Part shown: one piece after another, positions 1 through 9,801 of the stretch
Numbering within the stretch: the first letter of the stretch is position 1
Layout of the letters: each line of letters begins with the position of its first letter
Assembly (NCBI GenBank): GCA_963666365.2
Contig: CAXXNF010000001.1
Coordinates: 800,001-864,000, forward strand
Reading direction: 5' to 3'
DNA length: 64,000 nucleotides
Source of the DNA: Syntrophales bacterium
GTDB taxonomy: Bacteria > Desulfobacterota > Syntrophia > Syntrophales > UBA2210
Notes under the pieces: generated by a model
Databases searched by the model: none
What the model was told of the DNA's origin: nothing
The model's input: the letters and a program-made list of their open reading frames with translations, nothing else
Made by a program: the position numbers and the translations under genes

Positions 1-64
1 CGAAGGCCGGTATCCAGCTTTTCCGGCACTTTCTGAATTTCGGGTCAGGTCTGTAATGACAGAA
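1..64. repeat. Partial copy (cut by window start) of the REP-like core of the ~130 bp MITE family also at 44476-44603 and 51973-52103
   Basis: cgaaggccggtatccag...tttctgaatttcgggtcaggtctgtaatgacagaa aligns with 52019-52084 cgaaggccggtatccag...tttctggattccgggtcaagccagaaatgacagaa. Confidence 0.75.
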
Positions 65-336
65 TCCCCTCGCAGGAGGACTCCCCCTCTGCCTTCCCAC
101 CCCTCGCGGGCGAACTCCCCATCTTTCCTTCCTGTACCTGGCGAGCGGACTTCCCATCTTCTTTCCCACCCCTCGTGGGCGGACTCCCCGTCTTCCTTCC
201 CCTCCCTTGGTGGGAGGACTTCCCCTCTTTCTTCCCCTCCCCTGGTGGGAGGGGATTGAGGGGAGGGGAACAATTACAATTTCTACGGACGGTTAGATCA
301 CCCCCACCCTGACCCTCCCCCATCGAGGGGGAGGGA
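65..336. repeat. REP-like palindrome cluster: about six degenerate ~34 bp units, then the CCCCTCCCCTGGTGGGAGGGGA and CACCCCCACCCTGACCCTCCCCCATCGAGGGGGAGGG elements
   Basis: Units such as tcccacccctcgtgggcggactcccc recur with ~34 bp period; the terminal elements recur at 11283-11418, 16754-16860 and 28081-28155. Confidence 0.8.
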
Positions 337-387
337 AAAGAAAGGGGGTGCAATCTTCCATCGGAGAGGGAGGGAAGCCGGTGACAT

Positions 388-416
388 AAAAAGGGATGCT
401 CTTTCGGGCATCCCTT
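388..416 (-). terminator. Rho-independent terminator of the surface-protein operon
   Basis: Minus strand aagggatgccc-gaaa-gagcatccctt followed by a T run, ~70 bp after the stop at 483. Confidence 0.8.
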
Positions 417-482
417 ATTCATTGTACTTTGGTGAAGCGGGCGGCTCATTTGTGTGAACCGCCCGCGCGTTATAAGGTTATG

Positions 483-3400
483 TTAGTTTTTCCTTCGTGC
501 GAAGAACCCGAAGAGAACCACACCGCCCATAAGGACCAGCGAAAGGATCATTGCGCTCAATGACCCCATGGCGCCATGGGCCGCCGTTTCGATGAAGCAG
601 TCGCTGTCATCACCGATGGCGCCGCCCAGCGCGCCGCCGATACCGAAGGCGGAGAGATGGTCAACCCAGAAGGTGACAACGCCGTTGGTGTAGTCGATGG
701 GCTGGATGATTTGTGACACAGGAACAGCGGTGACGTTTCCTTTCACCAGATCGGCCATGGTTGCCGCCTGATGGATCGAAAAGGCGCCGCTTTCGAGCTT
801 GCCTGCCGTCACCACGGTGGGATCGAATTTCATGGTGATGACGATACGAGCAATGTCGTTATTGCTGACGGGATCACCGTTCTCGTCGAGCAGCGTTACA
901 TCAACGATCTCGGAACCGGTTACGTTTGTTGCACCTGCATCGGACGCGTCGGCCTCGACAATCGACACGACCACCTCTCTCCTCACTTCGCCTGTGAGGC
1001 TCTCTCCCGCCACGATATCAACGGTGGTGTCCCCCGAACCGGAGATTGCCGTGCCGCCAACGGTGTTCGGATCGGCGATTGTCGTATTCTGCGGTGACGC
1101 TGCCGATTTTACATAGGTCCATTTACTGGCCTTGTAGTACCCCGTGCTCGCATCCCGTGTCGCTTCGCTCGTGTCGGCCTTTACATCGATGGTGAAGCTC
1201 TCATAGGCCGGATGGACAAAGGACCAGATGCCGCCGGCATAGGTTACGACTACCGCTGCGCCGTCGGCGTCGGTCACGGCGATCTCAGCTGCAGTTCCAT
1301 CGAATGCCGGAAGTGCGGTGATTTCCACCAGGACCTGGTCATAGTTGGTGCCGGCCACGATATCGGTGGAATCCTGTCTGGTGCCGTCTACGAAGATCTT
1401 GGTCACCGGAGCAAGGGTAATGTTGTTGCCGACAGTTGCGCCGGCGACATTCGTCAGAACGCCGAGACCGAGCGCCGCATCGAATACGTATCCCGGCCTT
1501 CTGAATTCAACCGTGAAGGGTCCGACGGCGGTATTCGACATCTGGAAGTTATAGTTATTGCCTGTATTCGGATCGGCGATCACCTCGCAGACCGCACCGG
1601 TCGAGTCTTTGATGTAGTCGCCTGCCGCATCCTTGCAGCGTATCGTCGTCAGTGCAGAACCTGCCACACTGGGGCTGATCGTTCCCTGAATGGCCTGCAT
1701 CCCGGCCAGTATGTCCACTTTAATCGGGCCGGCCTTTATGTCGTCCAGCGTGACGATTTTAGAGACAATGGTCTCGGTTCCCGATGCCACGATAAATTTG
1801 TAGGTGGCGCCGGTGTTGTCAAAGTTTGCAATGGAGAAGGCGCCCGCGGCGTCGGTCGTCGCGGCTTTTGCCGCGCTCTCGGTCCATTGAACCCAAACAC
1901 CCGCTACCGGGGTGGTGCCGTCGGCCGCATCGACCACGGTTCCCGATACGGTGGTTCTCGGGATTACGGTGAACACCCCCGACCAGATTTCGTCAAGTTT
2001 CGCCGCAATCAAACGTGCCACATCGGCGTCGTTCGCAGCCGAATCGAGGACGACTTTCACTCTGAAGGAGATCGATTTCGAGATTCCCGCGGTAAAGGTA
2101 AAGTCGTTGGTCGCGTCGGTGGGCGAGGCATCAACCAGCGTTCCGCAATTTTCCGCCGTAACCGCCGTCCCCGCCATGTCGAGGGTTTCATACTTGTAGA
2201 CATCGGTGGCCGCCGGACCGCCCGTGATGGTGAAGGTGTCCGTGCCCTGGTTGCTGTAGTAGGTGCCGCTGGCGGCGTTGAACTTCGTCGCCGTAAACTT
2301 CATGGGCACCCGAATCATGAGTTCCGCCGGGGCAACCCCTGCATTGTCATGGTCAGCCATGGTGACTTTGTACACGCCGGCGCCCGCCGCTGCGAAGAGC
2401 GTATCGGGATTGACGACGAAATTCGTCGTACCGGTCAGGTCACTCACGATGGGACCTGTGCCCGCTATCCAGCTGTTTATGACCCAGTCGTACTTCCTGG
2501 CGGCATCCTTTGCCGTCAGTGTGGTCGTGGTACCCAGCGCCATCAGCGGATAGGTTTCCGGTTTCGTGGGATCATAGCCGGCCGGTGTTTCGATCATGGC
2601 CGCCGGAGCGTAGACCGTAACCGTCGCCTGACCCATCACCGGGCTTGCGCTGTCCTTGTTGTAGGTTGCGTCATAGGCGGTGATGGTGACTGCCTTGCTG
2701 CCGGTAGTGACCGTGGGCGCCGTGTATTCACCGGTGGCCGGATCGATGGCCCCGTCGGAGGCTTCCCATACATACTGGCCGGCGTTCTTGCCGCCCGTGG
2801 CGGTATAGGTCGTGGTAGCGGCCGAATCGAGGACTGCCGCGCCGGTGACCGTAATCGCCGTGACCACGTCGATGGTGGGCGTCACGTCACGGAATCCGTT
2901 GGCGACTCCCGTGGCGCCGTAGGTTTTATCCAGTGCCTCGACGGTGCAGGTTCCGGCGGCAACTGCCGTAATGACACCGTTGACGTCCACCGTCGCCACT
3001 CCCGGAGCGGAACTGACAAAGTTGAATAACGGGGGCACTCCCACTCCCGTTCCACCCGTTGGGCCAAGCGGCAGGGTGCCGCCGACGGCAAGACCGTAGG
3101 TGGCGGTCCCCATATTCATGGCAACGGGATTATAAATGTAGATGTCGATAGTAGCGGTCAGGCTCGCATTGGTCGCATCGGTAAGGGTGAGGGTGTCTTT
3201 TACGGAGCTTCCCCCTATAGGCGGAGTAATGCTTGCCGGCGCCGTGTAGGTAATGGTATCGGCATCGGTGCTGTCGATGGTTCCCACGCTGGCGAGCGCC
3301 CAGCGGTAATTGCCTGATGTGCCTCCCATGCCGGCGAAGGTGGCCGTGCTCGGCGTGGAACCGCTCGTGACGAGATGGATCCCTGTGACATCGTAGAAGG

Positions 3401-5042
3401 GCGCCGCAGGCGCGGTGACGTTAATGGAGAAGTTGACGATGGTGAAGGTCACCGCATTTGAATTGGTCAGCCCTGCAGATGTTGCCGTCACGTCGGTGGT
3501 GGCGGGTGGCGCGGCAACGGTGCCTGCCTTTGTGGTCATGGTTGCCGTGGCAAGACCGGTTGCATCGGTGGTCGCGTCGGCGATGGCTGCCACATAGGTC
3601 GCATCGCTCAGCGTGAAGCTGATCGTCGTGCCCTGCTGCGCCACGTTGTTGCCGTTGGCATCCTGCAGCTGTACGGAAAGCGTGGCAGTTCCCTTGCCGT
3701 CGCTGGCGATGGTGGTTTTGTCCGCCGAGAGGGCAAGCTTTGCCGCCGCCCCTGGGGTAAACGTCACGGTAGCGGTCTTCACGGTTGTAGTGCCCACCTT
3801 TGCCGTGACGGTTTTCTGCTCGGCCTTGGTCGAGGCGATGGTTCCCGTGGCTACGCCTGCCGCATCGGTAGCGGCCGCGGGCTGCACTATCGTATTACCC
3901 GTTCCCGTGGCTTCCAGGGTGACGGTCTGGCCGGCTACGGGATTGTCAAAGCTGTCTTTCAGTGTAACCGTGATTGTCGAAACTGCCGTCCCATCGGCAG
4001 TCTGAGTGGCAGGCGCGGCCACGACGGTTGAAGTGGCGGTACTGAAGGTACCCGCCACAAAGGTCACATCCACGGTTCCCATGGTCGTGCCGCCTACCTT
4101 CGCCGTGACGGTTTTGGTCCCCGCCGCCGTGGAACTTAGCTGGAAGCTTACCACTCCGCTGGCATCGGTTTGCGTTGCCAGATCCACCGGAGCCGTATAG
4201 GCGGTGCCGTTAATGAAATTGCCCGTTCCCGTCAGGGTGATATTGACGGTCTGGCCCGAAACGGCATTATTGTTTACATCCTTGATGGTGACGGTCACCG
4301 TCGAATAGAAGCTGTTGTCGTCGGACACCGTAATATTGGTGGTAGGATTGGCCGCCACGGTAGAGTTCGTGACGTCAGCGGCACCCGCCGTCACCGTCAC
4401 CGTGCTGGCATCGCTGGTTACCCCGCCCAATGCGGCAGTAATATCGGTCGTACCGGTATGCCCCGGAGTAAAAAGACCGGCCGCGCTGATGGTTCCTTTA
4501 TCCGCATCGGATGAACTCCAGGTTGCCTTGTTGGTAACATCCTGCCCCCCCGATACCCCGTCGAAGGTTGCCGTTGCCGTAAACTGTTGCGTATTCGGTA
4601 CCTGCACTGTCGGATCGGCAGGCGTTACTGTAAGCGTTTGTGGTGCTATTGCCTCGAGCGTCACGTTCGACATGTCGACTCCCGCATTGGTGAGGGTCAC
4701 TTCCACCTTCTTTGCTTCCAATACGGTCATGTTGACAAATTCGATGACCAAAATTTCCCCGGCAGTCCACGGCTGAGTAAAATTACCCACCTCAACGCCA
4801 TAGTTTGCACCGTCGTAGGAACATCCAGGACTGGCCTGTGTGAGCTTGTCATCTGTTCTCGTGGAAATATAAGCGGTAAATGTAATATCTGTTGCAGCGG
4901 GAGTTGAGCCATCAGAGTTCTGAATCGTACCGAGTACCAGATGGGGAGTTCCCGCTACAGCGTTCCCTGCGGACATGGCTGCTACCATGCCGAGACAAAA
5001 GAACAGCGTAACAAATAGTAACAACTTGTTTTTCTTCATCAC
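483..5042 (-). CDS. 1519 aa secreted, C-terminally anchored Ig-like (Big_1/Big_2, invasin-like) surface protein with a CFI-type C-terminal sorting signal
   Basis: Signal peptide; Thr/Ala/Val-rich Big repeats (TVTLKDSFDNPVAGQTV, TDAAGVAT); C-terminus DSDCFIETAAHG + hydrophobic helix + RRKN; GGAGG RBS; start may be GTG 5042 or ATG 5039. Confidence 0.88.
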   Translation of the reverse strand: MMKKNKLLLFVTLFFCLGMVAAMSAGNAVAGTPHLVLGTIQNSDGSTPAATDITFTAYISTRTDDKLTQASPGCSYDGANYGVEVGNFTQPWTAGEILVIEFVNMTVLEAKKVEVTLTNAGVDMSNVTLEAIAPQTLTVTPADPTVQVPNTQQFTATATFDGVSGGQDVTNKATWSSSDADKGTISAAGLFTPGHTGTTDITAALGGVTSDASTVTVTAGAADVTNSTVAANPTTNITVSDDNSFYSTVTVTIKDVNNNAVSGQTVNITLTGTGNFINGTAYTAPVDLATQTDASGVVSFQLSSTAAGTKTVTAKVGGTTMGTVDVTFVAGTFSTATSTVVAAPATQTADGTAVSTITVTLKDSFDNPVAGQTVTLEATGTGNTIVQPAAATDAAGVATGTIASTKAEQKTVTAKVGTTTVKTATVTFTPGAAAKLALSADKTTIASDGKGTATLSVQLQDANGNNVAQQGTTISFTLSDATYVAAIADATTDATGLATATMTTKAGTVAAPPATTDVTATSAGLTNSNAVTFTIVNFSINVTAPAAPFYDVTGIHLVTSGSTPSTATFAGMGGTSGNYRWALASVGTIDSTDADTITYTAPASITPPIGGSSVKDTLTLTDATNASLTATIDIYIYNPVAMNMGTATYGLAVGGTLPLGPTGGTGVGVPPLFNFVSSAPGVATVDVNGVITAVAAGTCTVEALDKTYGATGVANGFRDVTPTIDVVTAITVTGAAVLDSAATTTYTATGGKNAGQYVWEASDGAIDPATGEYTAPTVTTGSKAVTITAYDATYNKDSASPVMGQATVTVYAPAAMIETPAGYDPTKPETYPLMALGTTTTLTAKDAARKYDWVINSWIAGTGPIVSDLTGTTNFVVNPDTLFAAAGAGVYKVTMADHDNAGVAPAELMIRVPMKFTATKFNAASGTYYSNQGTDTFTITGGPAATDVYKYETLDMAGTAVTAENCGTLVDASPTDATNDFTFTAGISKSISFRVKVVLDSAANDADVARLIAAKLDEIWSGVFTVIPRTTVSGTVVDAADGTTPVAGVWVQWTESAAKAATTDAAGAFSIANFDNTGATYKFIVASGTETIVSKIVTLDDIKAGPIKVDILAGMQAIQGTISPSVAGSALTTIRCKDAAGDYIKDSTGAVCEVIADPNTGNNYNFQMSNTAVGPFTVEFRRPGYVFDAALGLGVLTNVAGATVGNNITLAPVTKIFVDGTRQDSTDIVAGTNYDQVLVEITALPAFDGTAAEIAVTDADGAAVVVTYAGGIWSFVHPAYESFTIDVKADTSEATRDASTGYYKASKWTYVKSAASPQNTTIADPNTVGGTAISGSGDTTVDIVAGESLTGEVRREVVVSIVEADASDAGATNVTGSEIVDVTLLDENGDPVSNNDIARIVITMKFDPTVVTAGKLESGAFSIHQAATMADLVKGNVTAVPVSQIIQPIDYTNGVVTFWVDHLSAFGIGGALGGAIGDDSDCFIETAAHGAMGSLSAMILSLVLMGGVVLFGFFARRKN

Positions 5043-5092
5043 ATAATTCCTCCAAAAAGTTATTTATAACATTCCAAATCCATAGGATTTTC

Positions 5093-6631
5093 CTACCATG
5101 ACCATGCAGTGTCCTGTGTCACGCTTATAAAGTATCCCTCTCCCCATTCTATGGCGAAATTATTGTATGTTGCAACAGACATCGGATGGGACAAGTATGA
5201 CTGTGTAGAAGCAACCCATTTTGAGACGAGATCGCAATTTCCGATATCCTGCCCCAGCAGATGGGCGGTGGTAAGGCCTGACTTGCTGTAGGGCAGACCG
5301 ATGGCGTTTGTATTGGTGGTGGCCGTTGTTGTCAGGTTACTGCTTCCCGAGCTTGGCAATGTTCCCGTAAGGGTAAAATCGTGATCGGCAGTGACACTTA
5401 CAAAGTAGACAGCTCCCACTTCAAGGGAGAAATTATTGTACGTCGCCACGGACATCGGATGTGACAGATAGGACTGTGTCGCCACCACCCACTTGGAGAC
5501 GAGATCACAGTTTCCAATGGCAGTCCCCAGTTCATGCGCCGTGGTATAACCCGTATTTTCCAACACAAACCCAATGGTGTTGGTATTTGTTGTTGTCGTG
5601 GTAATCAGACTGAATGTTTTGGACATGGTGCTGCTCGCGGCTGTTATCGTACCGCTGGTAACTGTGTTCGTTCCGTCCGTTGCCTGGACCTTGAAGGTTC
5701 CTTCCTTTGCCGCGGTGACCGTGATTGTGCCGACATTGGTGCTACCACTTGTGATTGTTGCCACGTCGGCCGGTGATGCATTGACGATGGTCCAGTTGTA
5801 GTTGGTGGCTGCAGTGCCCTGCAGTATGAACACCTGCGTTCCTCCATTTGCATCGATGGTTGCCGTGTCGGGGCTGATACTGACCGGCGCCAGGAGGGTT
5901 ACCGTGGCGGTGGCGGGGGCCTTGGAGATGTTCCCCACGCTGTCTTCGAACCAGGCGTAGATGGTTTTGCTTCCCGGGGCGGTATTGGCCAGATCGTATA
6001 CCACCTCGTTGGCATAGGTGACGCTCGTAACCGGCCGCGTCGAGGTCTCGCTCAGATACATCTTCACAGGTGCGATTGCGGCCAAAAGCTTGAGATTCAG
6101 AGCGGTGTTATTAGTCGAGGTGATGACGGTTCCCTCCGCGTCGGTGATCTGGACGGTACCCGTGGGGGCCACGTTATCGATGTTGATGGGCCCGATTTTC
6201 ACGTCGCTGCTCCATGAAACAACTCCCCCCGCGCTTATGTCGAGATATTTCGTTTTTACATGGAGGTAGCGCAAGGTGGTGGAATCGTCATTGGCAAAGA
6301 ACGCCGCCGCCTTGGTGACGATGGGGGGGTCGAGGCTGGGATCAACGGTACCGTCCGGGCTTGTACCGTCCCAGGTTGCAGCGCTGGTGTTCCACTTGAA
6401 GTCAAAGCCCATCAGCGTGTCGCCGGCACTGGTCAAATCGGGCTTTGTCCATTGGATCTCCACGTTGCCGGTCCACGCGACGATGGTGCCGTCGGTGGGT
6501 ACACCATTCGTCTGTACACCGGATAAAGATATCTCGTGCTCGGCCTGGGCGGACGCCGCAAAGACCAGAAGAAAGGCCAGCACACAGCAGATCAGTCCCC
6601 CGGTCACTTGATTCTTCAGGTATCGCTTCAT
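5093..6631 (-). CDS. 512 aa secreted beta-rich protein with Ig-like domains and a duplicated ~90 aa C-terminal module
   Basis: Signal peptide ending AQA; TTAHxLGxxIGNCDLVSKWVxxTQSYLSHPMSVATYNNF occurs twice; AAGGAG RBS. Confidence 0.85.
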   Translation of the reverse strand: MKRYLKNQVTGGLICCVLAFLLVFAASAQAEHEISLSGVQTNGVPTDGTIVAWTGNVEIQWTKPDLTSAGDTLMGFDFKWNTSAATWDGTSPDGTVDPSLDPPIVTKAAAFFANDDSTTLRYLHVKTKYLDISAGGVVSWSSDVKIGPINIDNVAPTGTVQITDAEGTVITSTNNTALNLKLLAAIAPVKMYLSETSTRPVTSVTYANEVVYDLANTAPGSKTIYAWFEDSVGNISKAPATATVTLLAPVSISPDTATIDANGGTQVFILQGTAATNYNWTIVNASPADVATITSGSTNVGTITVTAAKEGTFKVQATDGTNTVTSGTITAASSTMSKTFSLITTTTTNTNTIGFVLENTGYTTAHELGTAIGNCDLVSKWVVATQSYLSHPMSVATYNNFSLEVGAVYFVSVTADHDFTLTGTLPSSGSSNLTTTATTNTNAIGLPYSKSGLTTAHLLGQDIGNCDLVSKWVASTQSYLSHPMSVATYNNFAIEWGEGYFISVTQDTAWSW

Positions 6632-6669
6632 AGGGTATCTCCTTTAATTCGAAATAGCTGCGTTGAGGG

Positions 6670-6704
6670 GGCAGGCGCCGGCGGTAGTACCGCCGGCGCC
6701 TGCC
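6670..6704. promoter_or_regulatory. Perfect GC-rich intergenic palindrome without U tract (putative mRNA stability/processing hairpin)
   Basis: ggcaggcgccggcggta-g-taccgccggcgcctgcc, 17 bp arms. Confidence 0.65.
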
Positions 6705-6713
6705 GGTCATTGA

Positions 6714-9700
6714 TTACTGAAGATTAATGTCTACACTGCTTGTGCCCGCGGCCACCGTCGTGGCGTTGGCGATTAAGGCCTGGCCGTCGTACCACTTCGC
6801 GGTGTTGCCCGCTTCAACGGCGAGCACCTTGTAGTTACCGGCGGAGAGACCTTTGAAGGTATAGGTGCCGCCGGTACCCGCCGTCACTTCATCCACGAAG
6901 GCGTTCGCTTCCGTAAACAGATAGACGGTGATGGCGCCGGTACCCTTCCCGGTCACGGTACCGCTGATGTCCTGACCGCAGGAAATCTCGACATCCTTCG
7001 TGACAGTAGCAGCAGACAGACTTACGTTCGTTTCAACATAGGTCTGGAGACCGCTTCCCGGAATGACGACGAAGCGGTAGTCGGTCGCCTGCGGCAGACC
7101 GGCAAAACTGTAGGCGCCGGAACTGCTCGTATCGTCGGTGGCAAAGAAATCCTTCGATGTCGAAGAGACGACCACGATCGCGCCTTCCAGCGCGGGTTTG
7201 TCGCCGCACCCGCTCGTAATGGCCCCGCTCAGGGCGCAGACCGCCGCCGGGAGGTTGAGGGTGAAGTCGACGGTGGTTCCCGCCGTGCTCGGCTGCTGGG
7301 CAATCTTGAAGGACCGCTCATAGCCCTTCTTCTGGGCCATCACGATATAGTCGCTCTTTGTAGCGTCGAGGCCGTAGAGCTCGTACTGGCCGCTGCTGTT
7401 GGTTATTTTATACAGGGGCGTGCCGCCGGCACGGGTAACGATAATGGTTGCACCGGCGAGCGGCGCGTTGCTGTTGCTGCCGTCAAGCACCGTCCCCTTG
7501 AAATGGGCCCCCTTCACGAGCGCGATGTCCTTCGTGGTATCCTGCCAGATGCTCAGATCCGAAGCGCTGTACATGCTGTATGCCGGATGTGACGCTTCCA
7601 GAGAGTAGATGCCCGTGGCGATGTCGCCAATGGAATAGGCGCCGTTCGCGTCGGAGAAGTACATGCGGCCTCCCACGAGGAGCCCCGTTTCCTGGTCGGT
7701 GAGATAGATCATCGTACTGGGAACTTTGCTGGAATCGGCGGCGTCGGTCACCGTTCCCGTGAGTTCATGACCGGTATCGATCACAAAGTTCTTTTCGGTA
7801 TCGGAACCGGCCGTGATGGTCGCTTCCTGAACCGCGAAGCTTCCCACCAGCGGCGTCATGGTGACGGTATAGGAAACGCCGTCACAGAGACCGGTAAGCG
7901 TATAGGCGCCGTCCTGTCCGGTGATGTCGATGGCCGAGCTTTCGCCGTCGGCGCTTTCCGCCGTGACCATGGCGCCTTCAACGGGATCTCCATCGGCCCG
8001 CTCATAGGTGACCTTGCCGGTCAGGGTCTTGTCGCACTCGGTGATGTCGATGTCTTTCCCGGTGAGACTATTTGTCGCCGCAACCGTCAGGAGCGTGGCG
8101 GCGCTTTCATTCTGCGTCGATCCGCCGTCGGCGTAGTAGAAGATCTTGCCAGTGCTCTTGATCACGAAGACCTCGTAGCTGCCGGGGGCCACTGTTATTG
8201 TGTAGGCGCCCGCTTCATCGGTGAGCACCGAGGTCAGGGCGAAGGTATTCACGTCAAAGGCGAATACGCCGATATCGGGAACACCGGTGCTCAAGTCGGT
8301 GACGGCGCCCGCGATGGTCGCCTGGGTGCTGGCGCTGTAGTCGAAATTAACGGCCGGAGCGTTGCCGCCCGAGATATCGACTGCATCATGATCGGTAATG
8401 GCCGCCTGACCATCATAGTACATGACGGGGAAGCCGGTGGCAACGGCCGAGACAATGTAATCGTTTGCCGGGACCAGGTTGGCAATGGTGTAGACGCCTC
8501 CTGCGCCGGCGGTTACGGTTTTCTGAATCTTTCCTGCCGCTGACACGGCCGTGATGGTGGCCGTCGCGTCGCCGGTGCCGCTGATCGTGCCCCCGATGCT
8601 GTAAAGGGTGGGAGTCCAGTCGGTGGCAGCGCCGAGGGTGAGTGCAGCCGATTCTAGACTTCCGTATACCGCTTTCGCTACGTAGGTTCCTGAAGGCAGG
8701 GGACCTATGTCGAAGGATCCGTCGGCGTTCACGGCGTAGATGCCGACAGTCGCACCGTCCTTCGTAATTTTTACCTTCAGCCCTTCCAGGCCTGTGGCGC
8801 TATTGACCGTCACCGTGCCGGTGACGCGCACATTGATCGAAGGCAGTATCGCGTTCTGCGTCGCATTGGCGCCGCTGACGGTGAATTCCGCGCTTTCAAA
8901 ATTGCCGAAGTTCGGGTTGTTGGATGCGACGGACACTTTGTAGGTGCCGTTCTGTTTGTTGTTGAAGCTGTAGGCGCCGCTTGCAACGGTCGTCTGCCCG
9001 TCGAGGACGAAGGCGCCCGTGGCGGTCTTCTTTCTCAGCGTCACGGTGGCGCCGTCGGCGGCAGTGCCTCCCTCATAGGTGGCCGTACCGCTGATTTTGT
9101 AGCCCAGGGCGGTAACGCTGATTTTCCCGTTGACCAGCGTCGCCGGAAAGGTCGGTGTGGGGTAATAACCGTCGACGGGGTCCGTGGCGGGCATGCCGAC
9201 CAGAACCGGCAGGAAGGTCGGTTCGGTGTAGCCGGCGGCGGCATTTTCGATGATGCTTCGCGCGATTCCGATGGGGTAATCGCCGGACCCTGCCTTGATG
9301 TTGAAGGTGGCGTTGAAGAGCGCGCCGTTGGTAAGCGCCGTTGCCGACGCGGCGGCGATAAGGATCTGGCCGCCGGTGTCATTGTGCTGGTAGAAGAGTG
9401 TCTGGGCCACGGCAGGCTTCTGTTCTTCCGTGACCACATACTGGCCTTCCACCAGGTAGGTGCTGCCGTCGTCGATGATGGGCGATGCCTTTGACAGCCC
9501 CTTAAAGGTGAATATGGCGGGGTTGTAGTTCAGGGTGAAGGCCACTCCTCCCACGCCGCTCGGGTCATTGAGGGTTATGGGAAGGTTGACATCCGCCCCT
9601 ACGGCACCGCTCGCATTTCCCACAGTTACTGTTTTGGCGGCTGCGATGGACGCGCCGAAACAGACAAACATCCCTATCATCAGGATGATCAGGAATAGAG

Positions 9701-9722
9701 ATGGTATGCGTGTGTATTTCAT
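6714..9722 (-). CDS. 1002 aa secreted protein: N-terminal cohesin-like domain followed by tandem carboxypeptidase-regulatory-like (prealbumin-like) repeats
   Basis: Signal peptide; cohesin pattern VTVGNASGAVGADVNLPITLNDPSGVGGVAFTLNYNPAIFTF...GALFNATFNIK; repeated xSGTVT...GAY(T/S)xxGL units. Confidence 0.85.
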   Translation of the reverse strand: MKYTRIPSLFLIILMIGMFVCFGASIAAAKTVTVGNASGAVGADVNLPITLNDPSGVGGVAFTLNYNPAIFTFKGLSKASPIIDDGSTYLVEGQYVVTEEQKPAVAQTLFYQHNDTGGQILIAAASATALTNGALFNATFNIKAGSGDYPIGIARSIIENAAAGYTEPTFLPVLVGMPATDPVDGYYPTPTFPATLVNGKISVTALGYKISGTATYEGGTAADGATVTLRKKTATGAFVLDGQTTVASGAYSFNNKQNGTYKVSVASNNPNFGNFESAEFTVSGANATQNAILPSINVRVTGTVTVNSATGLEGLKVKITKDGATVGIYAVNADGSFDIGPLPSGTYVAKAVYGSLESAALTLGAATDWTPTLYSIGGTISGTGDATATITAVSAAGKIQKTVTAGAGGVYTIANLVPANDYIVSAVATGFPVMYYDGQAAITDHDAVDISGGNAPAVNFDYSASTQATIAGAVTDLSTGVPDIGVFAFDVNTFALTSVLTDEAGAYTITVAPGSYEVFVIKSTGKIFYYADGGSTQNESAATLLTVAATNSLTGKDIDITECDKTLTGKVTYERADGDPVEGAMVTAESADGESSAIDITGQDGAYTLTGLCDGVSYTVTMTPLVGSFAVQEATITAGSDTEKNFVIDTGHELTGTVTDAADSSKVPSTMIYLTDQETGLLVGGRMYFSDANGAYSIGDIATGIYSLEASHPAYSMYSASDLSIWQDTTKDIALVKGAHFKGTVLDGSNSNAPLAGATIIVTRAGGTPLYKITNSSGQYELYGLDATKSDYIVMAQKKGYERSFKIAQQPSTAGTTVDFTLNLPAAVCALSGAITSGCGDKPALEGAIVVVSSTSKDFFATDDTSSSGAYSFAGLPQATDYRFVVIPGSGLQTYVETNVSLSAATVTKDVEISCGQDISGTVTGKGTGAITVYLFTEANAFVDEVTAGTGGTYTFKGLSAGNYKVLAVEAGNTAKWYDGQALIANATTVAAGTSSVDINLQ

Positions 9723-9801
9723 TTTTCAATCTCCTTTGCAAACGGCGTCCCCGCCGTTATTTTTTCGAGGGATATGCAGGAACTTTCAATCAGCGGCCCT
9801 G

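Noticed and set aside
65..260. Possible mini CRISPR array
   Set aside because: Units are degenerate and nearly abutting with only ~8 nt pyrimidine linkers; no unique spacers and no cas genes
1212..3029. Long plus-strand ORFs opposite the giant genes (also 7767-8543, 16847-17998, 19253-20602, 22064-23041)
   Set aside because: Antisense shadows of GC-biased coding sequence; no RBS, motifs or plausible composition
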